A stretch of 64,000 bases of DNA from an uncultured Chloroflexia bacterium (GCA_963720355.1 CAVRFH010000004.1:723361-787360), one strand, 5' to 3'; counted from the stretch's first letter, positions 20,280-30,189 are shown. The notes: generated by a model not told the origin, from the letters alone. A program made the numbers and translations.

Positions 20280-20764
20280 ATGAAGGACCGTACGACGGTG
20301 GAACGGATGTCCGAGCGTGAGCTCGTCGTCACGCGAACGTTCGACGGCCCGGCGCGCCTCGTGTTCGAGGCGTGGACCACGCCCGAGCTGTTCAGGCAGT
20401 GGTGGGTGCCGAAGTCGATGGGGATGTCCCTGCTTTCCTGCGAGATGGATGTTCGCGTCGGGGGCAGGTACCGTTTGGAGTTCGCGCACGGGGACTCACG
20501 GGCGGCGTTCTTCGGCACGTACAAGCGAAGTCACACCGCACTCGCGACTCGTCTGGACCAATGAGGAAAGTGACGAGGGTTCCGTCACGACCGTGACCTT
20601 CGCGGAAGAAGGCGGCAAGACGTTGCTGGTCATGCACGAGCTGCTATCCCTCGAAGGAAGCTCTCGACGCCGCCGGCACCGGGGCGGCGGATGCGCTGGG
20701 AGAGACGTTCGAGCAACTGGACGAGCTTCTCGTCACCCTGGGCGCGGGCGCAGGGCGATCGTGA
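20280..20764 (+). pseudogene. AHSA1/SRPBCC-domain protein (Aha1-like, the usual ArsR partner) with two frameshifts
   Basis: ELVVTRTFDGPARLVFEAWTTPELFRQWW in frame 1, RLVWTNEESDEGSVTTVTFAEEGGKTLLVMHE in frame 2, and the tail EALDAAGTGAADALGETFEQLDELLVTLGAGAGRS stop in frame 3. Confidence 0.65.
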
Positions 20765-20999
20765 CTGCAGTCGAAGGAGCGCGTCCGACCGTGACCTGCT
20801 CGCAACGGCGGTTCCTCGGCGTCGTACACTGGCGACGGCGCGCTCCCGCGCCCGACTGCCAGACCGAGCCCCCACGCGGCGCGGCGATGCGGCGGTAAAG
20901 GGGATCCGGATCCTCGGGACGAACCGGTCGACCATCCGACCGGCCGACGACGTGGCGGTGTGGGCGCGTGCGTCGACGGCCGTGACGGAGAACTGACCG

Positions 21000-22356
21000 A
21001 TGACCACCGACAAGGCCTTCAAGCGGGTCGTGCGTGCGCGCATGGCCAAGACCGGCGAGCGATACGCCGCCGCCCGACGGACCCTGGTCGAGGGCGCCAC
21101 GGACGGACGTCACGCCGAGCCGACGGCCGACGCCGACACCCCGTCCGGCTATCGGATGCGCGGCGGCCTGCACCCGGAGACGGCCACGCTGGCCAACGTC
21201 CTGGCGAACCAGGGCGTCGTCTCGGGCCTGACGGGCGAGCCGTTGACCGAGGCCGCGATCCTCGGCATCGGCGGCGGCCTGGGTGCCGGCTACATCCTCT
21301 GGGAGTTCCAGCGCCACGGCGGGCCGGTCCTCACCCTCGGGTTCCGGAACCAGTGGCAATACCCGTCGATCCCCGGCTGGACCGGCAAGACGCTCGATCG
21401 GCTCGGCATCGAGCCCGACGTGCACGAGACCGGCGGCGCGAAGGGCGCTCGCGAGGCGCTCGATGCGCGCCTGGACGCCGGCGTGCCCGTCATCGCCTCG
21501 GTCGATCTCCAGTCGATCGGGACCTGGGGCCAGCCCGACGCGATGTCGGGGCACGACGGCCTGGTCGTCGTCGTCTTCGGACGTGACGCCGATGGCTCGT
21601 ACCTCGTGGATGATCGTGGCCGGAGCCCGTTCCGCGTGTCACCGGCCGTGATGGCCGCCGCACGCGGGCGGATCGGCTCGTTCAAGCACCGGATCGTCGG
21701 GCTGCGAACGACGCCCGGACCGATCCCGGCCGAACGGCTTCGGGCGGCGATGCGCGCGGGCCTCGAGGACCAGGTGGATCACCTGCGCTCCCCATCCGAC
21801 TCCTTCTCGCTCCCGGCCTGGCGCAAGTGGGCCCGGCTGATGACCGACGAGCGGAACGCGAAGGCGTGGCCGCGGGTCTTCGCCGACGGCCAGGGCCTGT
21901 TCGGCTCGCTGTCGGCCCTGCACGAGAGCGTCGACGGCCAGGTCGGGCCATCGGGCGGGCACCTGCGGGAGCTGTATGCCGCATCACTCGATGAAGCGGC
22001 CGTCGCCCTCGACAACCCTGCGCTCGGCGACGCGGCGCGGGCATGGCGGGGCGTCGCCGACCGATGGGAGGAGCTGGCCGACGCGGCCGTACCGCCCGAT
22101 CTCGACGGTGCCGCCGAGGCGGTCGAGGCGGTCGAGACCCTCCACGAGGCGGTGATGGCCGGCGAACCGGGACGGTCGCGTGTGAGCGCGGCCGCGGAGA
22201 CCGCGTGGGCGATCCGGGATCGCTACGCCGACGCCTTCCCCCTGCCACCGGACCGCATCGCGGCGATCCTCGAGGATCCTCGGCGACCGGATCGGCGCGA
22301 TCTACCAGGCCGAGGTCGACGCGCTCGAGGTGACCGCTCGGGCCATCGGCAGATGA
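21000..22356 (+). CDS. BtrH_N/DUF4872-like protein (peptidase-C39-like fold) with a probable 1-nt insertion near 22283
   Basis: Domain assignment is from memory of the family and is of low certainty. The annotated frame ends AAILEDPRRPDRRDLPGRGRR..., whereas the -1 frame gives the more plausible ILGDRIGAIYQAEVDALEVTARAIGR stop. Confidence 0.5.
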
Positions 22357-22447
22357 CGCCGTAGCCATGTAGGTGGTGGTTGCGCGCCCGACACCGTCGT
22401 GCGCGCCATCCCGTCCTGTGGTGCGACACGGGCGGCGACCACGCCGG

Positions 22448-23065
22448 TCAACTCCGTTCGAACGCGACCCGCACGCCGAGACCGACGAGGACCGTGCCGC
22501 TCACCCATCGGATCGCTCGGCGCGCCGCCGGCCGGCCGAGCGCACCACCGACCGCGCCCAGCATCGCCGAGTACGCCAGCAACCAGGCGAGGCCGATCAC
22601 ATCGAACAGCAGGGCGAGCTGGAGCGCCCGGATCGCCGACCCCTCGCCCGGCACGATGAACTGGGGCAGCAGCGTGATGAAGAACACGCCGAGCTTTGGA
22701 TTGAGCAGGGCGGAGATCAGGCCCTGCAGCCACGCCCGACGACCCGACAGTGCCGGCGACCCGTCCGTGACCGCGTGGGCGTCGCGCTGGCGGAGGGTCG
22801 ACAGGCCGAGATAGATCAGGTACGCGGCACCCGCGAGCTTGAGCGCAGTAAACGCAACGGACGAGGTCGCGAGAAGCGTCGCCACGCCGAGCGCGGCCGC
22901 AACGGCCCAGCCGAGGATGCCCGTACAGATTCCCAGCGACGTCGCGAACCCGGCCGACCGTCCGTGGCGGAAGACGTTCCGGGCGACGAGCGCCATGTCC
23001 GGACCAGGGACCACCACGACAGCGATGGCCACGGCGACGAATGCGAAAAGGCCCTCGGGCGCCAC
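22448..23065 (-). CDS. LysE/RhtB-family amino-acid exporter
   Basis: 205 aa, 6 TM, with the VPGPDMALV and LNPKLGVFFITLLPQF motifs. Confidence 0.85.
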   Translation of the reverse strand: MAPEGLFAFVAVAIAVVVVPGPDMALVARNVFRHGRSAGFATSLGICTGILGWAVAAALGVATLLATSSVAFTALKLAGAAYLIYLGLSTLRQRDAHAVTDGSPALSGRRAWLQGLISALLNPKLGVFFITLLPQFIVPGEGSAIRALQLALLFDVIGLAWLLAYSAMLGAVGGALGRPAARRAIRWVSGTVLVGLGVRVAFERS

Positions 23066-23072
23066 GGATCGG

Positions 23073-24197
23073 CTAGCTGACGGGGATCGCCCAGATGGCG
23101 TGCTGGCCGTCGCGCGATCCGACCGCGATCAGGCCCCGCTCGGCATCGACGAGCATCGCCGAGATCGAGGCGCCCATCGGCTCGATGGTCTTCGCCTCCC
23201 ATGCCTCGCCCGACTCCCGCCACACGGTGAGCCGGTCGGCGTCGACGCCCGCGATGACCAGCCCGTCCGAGCCCACGACGACGGCCGAGGCATATCCCTC
23301 GTCGGTCGAGAGGTTCGTCTGACCCCACGACCGACCGTCGTCGGACAGGGCGACGAAGGGGTGCTGATCGCCCGATCGCCCCGACCCGCCGACGATGGCG
23401 TATCGCCCGTCCCACGCGACGAGATCGATCGGCAGCAGCTGGTCGTCGAGGTCGTTCTCCACCGATGCCCAGCCCGGTTCGGTCGGTGTCGTCCAGAACG
23501 GACGTGGCTGACCGAGTGGCCGGTCGCCGATGGCGGCAAAGCCATCGGGCCTGTCGGCGATCGCCCCCATCGCCGTCCGTGCCCCCTCGGGTATGTCATC
23601 CGCGCGCCAGATGGTGCCGTCGGCCGATGACCAGGCCGTTGCGGTGGCGTTCGTCTCGGCATCGAGGCTGGCACCGACGGCGACCACCCTGCTGTCCGTG
23701 GCGATGACGTCATGGATCGAGGCGCCCTTGAACGTCGCGACCTCGTTCCAGATCCGACCGTCGGTCGAGTCCCAGATGAAGCCGTCCAGCACGTCCGGCA
23801 GCCCGTTGCCGACGGCGATGAGGCGACCATCGAACGCCGTGATCGCCGTCACCTGGCCGGGGGCGGCCGGGGTCTGCGCGACGGACCAGCCGTCATCGCC
23901 GAACACCAGGATCGTCGAGGCGAACGCCGGCCCGGAAAACCCGCCGGCCACGACGAGGTCGCCCTCGATCCAGAGCGTGTTGAGCGTGCCCTCGGTCGCA
24001 CCGACCGCCTCGATGTCGTTGGGAGCGGGCGATGCGGACGGGCCATCGCTGCTCGAGGGCACGGGAGCTTGCGACGTCGTCGGGCTGCCGGTCGGGGGGC
24101 TGGGCGCAATCGCGGCGGAACTGCTCGGTTGCGGACCCGCGCACCCGATCAGGAAGAGTGTGGCAACGGCGAGCGACGGCAGCCTGTGAGCGATCAC
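23073..24197 (-). CDS. Secreted lipoprotein with BNR/Asp-box-like repeats (beta-propeller)
   Basis: Lipobox LFLIGCAG; low-complexity linker; repeated S-x-D-G-x-x-W motifs (STDGRIW, SADGTIW, SDDGRSW). Confidence 0.55.
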   Translation of the reverse strand: MIAHRLPSLAVATLFLIGCAGPQPSSSAAIAPSPPTGSPTTSQAPVPSSSDGPSASPAPNDIEAVGATEGTLNTLWIEGDLVVAGGFSGPAFASTILVFGDDGWSVAQTPAAPGQVTAITAFDGRLIAVGNGLPDVLDGFIWDSTDGRIWNEVATFKGASIHDVIATDSRVVAVGASLDAETNATATAWSSADGTIWRADDIPEGARTAMGAIADRPDGFAAIGDRPLGQPRPFWTTPTEPGWASVENDLDDQLLPIDLVAWDGRYAIVGGSGRSGDQHPFVALSDDGRSWGQTNLSTDEGYASAVVVGSDGLVIAGVDADRLTVWRESGEAWEAKTIEPMGASISAMLVDAERGLIAVGSRDGQHAIWAIPVS

Positions 24198-24286
24198 CCC
24201 CTCAGGCTACGCCCCGCACGTTCGGGTTGATCCGGTCGTCCCGCGCCGTGGCGGGACCGCAGCGGACCGCGGAGGCGGGCCACGCC

Positions 24287-24718
24287 CTACGCTTCGAGCA
24301 TGTCCTTCAGGCTGCGCAGGGCGGCCTTCCAGGCCTGTTCGGACGTTTGGGCCGCGTCGTCGGACGGCAGATTCGTCTCGCTGATGGTCAGCTCCGTGCC
24401 CTCGCCCGCTTCGGCGAGCTCCCACGACACCACCTGGTAATGCTCAGGCGTATCGGGCTTGCCCGAGCCGTTGCTCCAGTGGGTGTGCACGAGCCGGCGC
24501 GGCGGCGAGAACTCGAGGATCTCTCCGCGGTCGACGTAGGGCTTGCCCTGGTATTCGCCCCGGTGGACCAGCGGGCTGCCGACCTTCCAGTCCGTCTCGG
24601 TATCCACGCCGAAGAACCAGTGCTTGATCTTCGAGGGCGTCGTGATCGCCTGCCAGACGTCCTCGATGTCGGCGTCGATGCGCGTCGCGCCGGTGACATG
24701 GTCGATCGTGGCAGCCAT
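24287..24718 (-). CDS. SRPBCC-family protein (AHSA1/polyketide-cyclase-like)
   Basis: 143-aa ORF with IEDVWQAITTPSKIKHWFF... typical of AHSA1-like proteins. Confidence 0.65.
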   Translation of the reverse strand: MAATIDHVTGATRIDADIEDVWQAITTPSKIKHWFFGVDTETDWKVGSPLVHRGEYQGKPYVDRGEILEFSPPRRLVHTHWSNGSGKPDTPEHYQVVSWELAEAGEGTELTISETNLPSDDAAQTSEQAWKAALRSLKDMLEA

Positions 24719-24749
24719 GGGCGGTCTCCTGGGTCGGGCGCTCGAGGCG

Positions 24750-24920
24750 CTACTTCGACTTCGAGTGGCCCTTCTCGTTGTGATGCTTGGTCACGGTGGC
24801 GGCCGCGATCGCCTTCGAGCGCTCCACGGAGCGCCCCTGCTTACGCTCGCTGGCCTTGATGTGCTCGTACATCCGCTGTTCCTTGTCGCTCACGCTGGGC
24901 AGGTGCTCCTTCTGGGGCAT
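24750..24920 (-). CDS. Small hydrophilic 56-aa protein, absent from the ORF track because it is under 60 aa
   Basis: MPQKEHLPSVSDKEQRMYEHIKASERKQGRSVERSKAIAAATVTKHHNEKGHSKSK, preceded by a GGAGGAGGTGA Shine-Dalgarno sequence 6 nt upstream. Confidence 0.5.
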   Translation of the reverse strand: MPQKEHLPSVSDKEQRMYEHIKASERKQGRSVERSKAIAAATVTKHHNEKGHSKSK

Positions 24921-25030
24921 CGGTCACCTCCTCCTCGGAGCGTAGGCAGCCAGGGCGAGGCGACGGCATCGCACCGCCGGGTGCGGGCCATACGGATGCG
25001 TAACGGCTCGGGCCGGCGTGCGTGCCCCCG

Positions 25031-25405
25031 TCAGGGCTCCTGGAAGCTGACCGTCCGCGCCTCGACCGCGCCTTCGGGCCGGCTCGGAAAGACGAACGTG
25101 ACGGTCACGGATCCGTCGACCGATAGCCGATCGATATCGGCGCTGACCACGACCTCCTCGCCCTCGACCATCGCGCTCGCCTCGAGCTGGACGACGACCG
25201 CCGGGCGACCACCGTCGTTGACGACCTCGGCTGGGACCACCCAGCCGGCGGCGGTCTCCATCGCCTGGTCCGATTGCAGCCGCACGACGGGCGACGGCGG
25301 GCTGTCCGGCCTCGTGAGACCGGCGACGACGAGCACGACGACGAGCACCGCCAGCGCCGCGACGCTCACGCCGAGGACGACCCACTCGAGCGGGTTGCGT
25401 CTCAT
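25031..25405 (-). CDS. Small membrane-anchored protein (TIGR02588-like)
   Basis: N-terminal TM (VVLGVSVAALAVLVVVLVVAGL) followed by a roughly 90-aa soluble domain; start overlaps the stop of the upstream membrane protein in an ATGA arrangement. Confidence 0.45.
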   Translation of the reverse strand: MRRNPLEWVVLGVSVAALAVLVVVLVVAGLTRPDSPPSPVVRLQSDQAMETAAGWVVPAEVVNDGGRPAVVVQLEASAMVEGEEVVVSADIDRLSVDGSVTVTFVFPSRPEGAVEARTVSFQEP

Positions 25406-26253
25406 CCTTTGCCCTCCGCCAGACGGCCCGCGATGAATACCCGCCCGACGGCCGCTCCGATGGCGGCGGCGATGCCGAGCACGACCACCCGCTGGACGAT
25501 CTGTACCGGTCCGACGCCGTCCATGCGCCCGAACACCCACAGCAGCGCCAGCGAGACGCCCAGGCCGATCACGTACGCGGCGATCGTCTCACCAAGCGGA
25601 TGGTCGAGCGGACCGATCTCGCCCCGCGACCGGCGTCGCATCCCTTCGGCGACGAACACGATGCCAAGGGTCAGCACCACGGTCGCCAGCATCATCGCCA
25701 GCACCAGCCACGGGCTCGCCTCGTCGGCGAGCATGACGACCTCGATCGTCGGCGCCACGTTGAGGGCGAACAGCAACGCCCCCGCCGCGGCCACGAACAG
25801 GCGACCGCTCGGCCCGAACTGGCGGTCCGCATCGGGGCCGCCGGACCCGGCATCCTCCCCGACCTGGGCGCTGGCGATCGACGCCCCGAACGCCACGGGA
25901 ATGGCCTCGAGGGCGACCATGCCGACGGCCGGAGACGGATGGCCGATATCGATGCGGCCGAGGACGAGCATGGCGATCGCGGCCGTCACGATGGCCACGC
26001 CCATCGTCTCCACGCTGTCGACAACGACCTCGGCGTGGGTACGGTCGCGTCGGAAGCCCGACAACGCGTTGAACCCGACCACGATCACGAAGGTGACGGC
26101 CAACAGGGCGAGCATCTTCCACCACGGCACGTCGGCCCCGTGATGCCACATCTCCTCGGTCATGAGCAGGGGCAGCCCGACGAGCAGGCCGCCGCTCATC
26201 GCGCGCAGCAGGTCCCGGGCGGTGTCGCGGAGCGGTTCTTCGCGCTGGGGCAT
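25402..26253 (-). CDS. Polytopic integral membrane protein (TIGR02587-like)
   Basis: 283 aa with about 7 TM; the pairing with the downstream small anchored protein resembles the TIGR02587/TIGR02588 gene pair, recalled from memory. Confidence 0.5.
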   Translation of the reverse strand: MPQREEPLRDTARDLLRAMSGGLLVGLPLLMTEEMWHHGADVPWWKMLALLAVTFVIVVGFNALSGFRRDRTHAEVVVDSVETMGVAIVTAAIAMLVLGRIDIGHPSPAVGMVALEAIPVAFGASIASAQVGEDAGSGGPDADRQFGPSGRLFVAAAGALLFALNVAPTIEVVMLADEASPWLVLAMMLATVVLTLGIVFVAEGMRRRSRGEIGPLDHPLGETIAAYVIGLGVSLALLWVFGRMDGVGPVQIVQRVVVLGIAAAIGAAVGRVFIAGRLAEGKG

Positions 26254-26327
26254 CGATCCCTCACGTCCAGCCGGTCGACGGCGCCGGTCTCGGACGCATT
26301 ATCGACGCCCGGCACGACCCGGCCGCG

Positions 26328-26882
26328 TCACCAGACGTCGCCCGGGCGCCAGTCGCAGCTGAGGGGCGCGGTCACGTCGAGGTCCGGCGACGACGGCGTC
26401 GCGAGGACCATGATGGCGCCGTCCTCGTCCGGGGTCCGCCGCTCGCCGTCCGGCGCGCGCACCGAGGTCGGGCCTTGCCAGGTGCGCCAGCCCGATCGCT
26501 CGTAGAACCGATGCCGGCCGGTGCCGAGGGCGCCGAGCTCATAGCTCGCCCGGATGTGTCCGGCGATCTCGCGCATCACCGCCGACCCGAAGCCCGCCCC
26601 CTGGTGGTTCGGCGCGGTCGCGACCGCTTCGACGTAGCCCGTCCGAAGCGGCCTGCCCGCGACGTGCAGCTCACGTGGCACGACCGATGCGTGGGCGACG
26701 ATCTCGTCGTCGACGTCGAGGACGACGTGGGTGCCGCCGATCGCATGCTCCCAATCCGCATCGGTGAAGCGCTCCTCGGGATCGTCCCAGAAGGCGGCGT
26801 CGAGCAGGACGCGGATGGCCCGGATCTCGGCGTCGGTCAGGGCCTCCGTGGCGATCGAGCGCAGACGGACGACGGGCGACAT
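26328..26882 (-). CDS. aac(2'): Aminoglycoside 2'-N-acetyltransferase, AAC(2') family (GNAT)
   Basis: 184 aa; GPTSVRAPDGERRTPDEDGAIMVL...SCDWRPGDVW closely parallels the mycobacterial AAC(2')-I C-terminus; GNAT core HQGAGFGSAVM. Confidence 0.8.
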   Translation of the reverse strand: MSPVVRLRSIATEALTDAEIRAIRVLLDAAFWDDPEERFTDADWEHAIGGTHVVLDVDDEIVAHASVVPRELHVAGRPLRTGYVEAVATAPNHQGAGFGSAVMREIAGHIRASYELGALGTGRHRFYERSGWRTWQGPTSVRAPDGERRTPDEDGAIMVLATPSSPDLDVTAPLSCDWRPGDVW

Positions 26883-28114
26883 CAGCCGATCACGTTGCGT
26901 TCGATGACGGGCCGGCCGGCCGCGATGCGCTCGAAGCCGAAGACCGTCAAGTCGATGGTCACGTAGCGGCCGTGCACGATGAGCTCGGCGATCGCCCGGC
27001 CGACGGCCGGGGCCTGCTGGATGCCGTGGCCGCTGAATCCGTTCGCGAAGAGCAGGTTCCGGATCGCGGGATGGGCCCCGATGATGGCGTTGTGATCGAA
27101 CGTGTTGACCTCGTAGTAGCCCGCCCACGCGCCGGTCAGGCGGATCGCGTCGAACGCCGGCACCCGGGCCGCGAGCGCCGGCCACAGCCGGTCGGCGAAC
27201 TGGCCGTGGTCGACCTCGAGCGGTAGCCCGCCCGGATCGCCGGTCTCGTCCGGCGCGATGCCGGCGATGAACCCGCCGCCCTCGGGCCGGAACCAGGCAC
27301 CGGAGGTGTCGATGACGAGCGGACAATCGGGTGGTCCGGAGCGGGCGTCGAAGACGAAGACCGACCGGCGGCGTGCCTCGACCGGCAGGACGACGCCGGC
27401 CATCGCCGCGACCTCGGCGGCCCATGGTCCGGCGGCATCGACCACCGTCCCGCAGGAACGTGCCGTCCCGTCGGTGAAGCCGATCGAGACGACCCGTTCG
27501 TCCGCGACATGGAGGGTGCTGACTTCGGCCGTGAGGAGGTCGGCGCCGAGGTCGAGCGCCCGCCGGCGAAGCGCCTGGACGAGAGCGTACCCGTCGAACC
27601 AGCCCTCGCCCGAACGACCGAGTGACGCGAGGGCCACCCCGTCGACCGACATCCACGGGAACCGCGCCGCCAGGGCCTCCGGCGTGAGCAACTCGACGTC
27701 CGCGCCCTCGTCGACCTGGACCGCATGGTTGGCCTCGAGGGCGTGGGCGCCGTCGGCCGTCGCCAGGTAGAGATAGCCGGCCTCATGCAGCCCGACGTCG
27801 ACGACGTCTCGCAGCCACGCGAAGGACGCCCGCGACAGCCTGATGTTCTCCGGGGTCGAGAACTGCTGCCGGATCGAGGCCGCCGAGAGGGCCGACGAGG
27901 CTCGGCGATAGGTCGGATCGCGCTCGATGAGGGTGACTCGCCCCGTGAACGCGTGATCCTCGAGCAGGTGCACCGCGACCGCGCCACCGATGGCCCCGCC
28001 ACCGACGATGACGACGTCGGCGGCAGCCGTGGACCGCGTCACGCCGGACTGGGCGCTGGCGCCTCGAGCCGGCCGCGGAGGGCCTCGCTGCCGCCGGTCT
28101 CGAGGAATCGGCAC
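26882..28114 (-). CDS. FAD-dependent oxidoreductase (DadA/ThiO/sarcosine-oxidase-beta-like)
   Basis: ADVVIVGGGAIGGAVA dinucleotide-binding motif and a DAO-type C-terminus; its stop overlaps the aac(2') start. Confidence 0.8.
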   Translation of the reverse strand: MPIPRDRRQRGPPRPARGASAQSGVTRSTAAADVVIVGGGAIGGAVAVHLLEDHAFTGRVTLIERDPTYRRASSALSAASIRQQFSTPENIRLSRASFAWLRDVVDVGLHEAGYLYLATADGAHALEANHAVQVDEGADVELLTPEALAARFPWMSVDGVALASLGRSGEGWFDGYALVQALRRRALDLGADLLTAEVSTLHVADERVVSIGFTDGTARSCGTVVDAAGPWAAEVAAMAGVVLPVEARRRSVFVFDARSGPPDCPLVIDTSGAWFRPEGGGFIAGIAPDETGDPGGLPLEVDHGQFADRLWPALAARVPAFDAIRLTGAWAGYYEVNTFDHNAIIGAHPAIRNLLFANGFSGHGIQQAPAVGRAIAELIVHGRYVTIDLTVFGFERIAAGRPVIERNVIG

Positions 28115-28803
28115 GACCAGCCCGTGTCGTCGCGCCAGACCTCGCCATCGACCTCCGCGCCGGCTTCCACCGCCCGGGCGTACTCGAGGCGGATCGTGCG
28201 CGGGATCGAAGCGATGATGTCGCTACCCCCCGCTGCGCTGATCTGCTCATCGAGCCAATCGGCGTACACCGCGTTGTTGACATGGTCCATCGGATCGAGC
28301 TCCTGGGGCCGCACTCGCCAGGTCGCCCGATGCGCCGACGCCGGCGGCGTACCCAACGCGACCCGGCCGAGCGGGAACGTCGCGGCGGGGGCGAAGAAGC
28401 GACGCTCCAGCTCGGTCGGCACGCGCGTCGGGGCGCCGCGGCCGTCGAGCAGGACCCAATCGACATGGGTCCACGCCACCGGCCGGCCGGTCGCATCGAC
28501 GAAATCGGTCCGCCGGCGCGCCCACACCCGCCGCCAGCCGATGACCTGCGTCGTGCCGACCAACGCGTCGCCGACGCGCATCGGCCCGAGCACGCCGACC
28601 TCGGCCGCCCTGGCCAGCCAGGCCAGTCCCCGCTCGCCGTACCAGGCGCGGTCGTATCCGTGCAGCGCCGAGTGGTGCCAAGCCAGATCCTGCGCGTAGC
28701 GGAGCAGGACGGACGTCCGTACCAGCCCGTCAGGCGCCGCCTCGTCGAACCGGACGCGGTACGGCGCCGAGCAGCGGTCCGGCTCGCGGAGGGACTCGGT
28801 CAT
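28039..28803 (-). CDS. Acyl-ACP/acyl-CoA thioesterase-like (double hotdog) protein
   Basis: About 254 aa from MTESLRE; two hotdog-like halves resembling acyl-ACP thioesterases; coupled by ATGA to the upstream gene. Confidence 0.6.
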   Translation of the reverse strand: MTESLREPDRCSAPYRVRFDEAAPDGLVRTSVLLRYAQDLAWHHSALHGYDRAWYGERGLAWLARAAEVGVLGPMRVGDALVGTTQVIGWRRVWARRRTDFVDATGRPVAWTHVDWVLLDGRGAPTRVPTELERRFFAPAATFPLGRVALGTPPASAHRATWRVRPQELDPMDHVNNAVYADWLDEQISAAGGSDIIASIPRTIRLEYARAVEAGAEVDGEVWRDDTGWSCRFLETGGSEALRGRLEAPAPSPA

Positions 28804-29471
28804 GCGCTGTCCGCGAGCAAATCGAGCGCCTCGAGGGCGACGATGCGGGTCGCCTGCCAAGGCGCGGTCGAACGCTGCAGCCGCACGGTGCATGAGCGTC
28901 CGGCGTCGAACACGACGAGCGCCACGTCCAGCGCCTCGTCCTCATCGACGGCATGCGACCGGGCGTCGTCGAGCTGGTGCAGGACGTCGTCGCCGATGCC
29001 GCGGGCACCCCACTTGCAGTCGTACGCCTCGGCGCCACCGTCGCGCTCGAGCGTGACGTCATAGGGGTGGATCTCGGCCGGGACGCCGTCGAACAGGATG
29101 CGCCGCTCGCGGCGGACGGCGGCATCGCCGGCCCGCCGTGCGAGGAGCCGTGCGGTGACCTCCTCGACGATCGCCCCACGGAACTGGCTGCGGACGGCTT
29201 CCCCGCGCTCGGCCACCTCGAGGGCGACCGACAGGACCGCCTGCGCGCGCGCTCGGAGCGGACCGGCTGCCGCCGGTCCCAGCATCGTCGGGAACATGGT
29301 CATCCAGACGCCCGGGTCGGTCGACTCGCCGTTCATCACCGCGCGCGCCATCACGCGCTCCTCGTGGCTGGCAGCGGCGAGCGCATCGGCGGCCCGACCG
29401 ACGAGCGGGTCTGCCTGGATGCCCGCGTACACGACCGCGCGCCCGTCGCGCGCCGCGTCCTGGAACCTCAC
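28800..29471 (-). CDS. Hypothetical protein in the aac(2') operon
   Basis: Intact 223-aa ORF; ATGA-coupled on both sides; no family recognised. Confidence 0.5.
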   Translation of the reverse strand: MRFQDAARDGRAVVYAGIQADPLVGRAADALAAASHEERVMARAVMNGESTDPGVWMTMFPTMLGPAAAGPLRARAQAVLSVALEVAERGEAVRSQFRGAIVEEVTARLLARRAGDAAVRRERRILFDGVPAEIHPYDVTLERDGGAEAYDCKWGARGIGDDVLHQLDDARSHAVDEDEALDVALVVFDAGRSCTVRLQRSTAPWQATRIVALEALDLLADSA

Positions 29472-29779
29472 GGCTCCTCCCCGAGGGCGATCAGCACGAC
29501 TTGCGGGAACGTGGACAGCCAGTCGATCGCCCGGTGCGGGTCGGCGATCCGCGCTGCCTCGCCGATCAGGGCGTCGATGGCCGTGTCACGGTCCGGGTCG
29601 AGCGCCTCGTCGGCGCGGTGGCGTTGGACATCGGCCAGGCGGTCGCGCCACGTCTCCGTGAGGTCCTGGATGTACGACCACTCGTCGTCGATCTCCTCAC
29701 CGAGCTCGGTGAGCAGGCCGTACGATGCGAGCGCCCGGTCGATGGCGGCGCCGACGGTCGTGCCGCTGCCTGGGGTCAT
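29468..29779 (-). CDS. Hypothetical protein, first gene of the operon
   Basis: Intact 103-aa ORF overlapping the next gene by 4 nt. Confidence 0.45.
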   Translation of the reverse strand: MTPGSGTTVGAAIDRALASYGLLTELGEEIDDEWSYIQDLTETWRDRLADVQRHRADEALDPDRDTAIDALIGEAARIADPHRAIDWLSTFPQVVLIALGEEP

Positions 29780-29828
29780 GGCCGAAGCCTACGCCGCGGA
29801 CGGCACCCGGAGCGGGACGATGGTGGGC

Positions 29829-30116
29829 CTAGCGCTCCCGGGCGATGGCTGCGCGCCGCGGCGGAGCGATGGCACGGCCGGTCCGACCACGCCGCTGGTC
29901 GCCACCCGGCTCACGGTTCGCGCGGCGGAGGAGCGTCTCGAGCCGCCGTCGGGCTCGCTCGTCCCATGCTCGCGAATACGCCTCGGTCGCGCTCGTCCGG
30001 AGGCGGGCGGCCTCGTCTCGGTCGCCGTCCGCCTCGAGCGAGGCGACGCGATCGAGGATCGCGCGATACAGCGCGGGCAGTTCCTCGGCCGGAGAGTTCG
30101 TCTCCATCGTCGGCAC
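29829..30116 (-). CDS. Hypothetical small protein
   Basis: 95-aa ORF, acidic and alpha-helical in character; weak support. Confidence 0.3.
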   Translation of the reverse strand: MPTMETNSPAEELPALYRAILDRVASLEADGDRDEAARLRTSATEAYSRAWDERARRRLETLLRRANREPGGDQRRGRTGRAIAPPRRAAIARER

Positions 30117-30189
30117 ACCATGGACCCCGATGGTCCGGTCGGGAATAGCCCAGCGGTCCCGCTCACGAAGCGCCGAACGGCCCAGCCGT

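Noticed and set aside
26328-27656. 442-aa ORF that extends the aac(2') gene upstream
   Set aside because: The N-terminal 260 residues are Arg/Pro/Gly junk antisense to the FAD oxidoreductase; the true start is the MSPVV Met at 26882, which gives a 184-aa GNAT.
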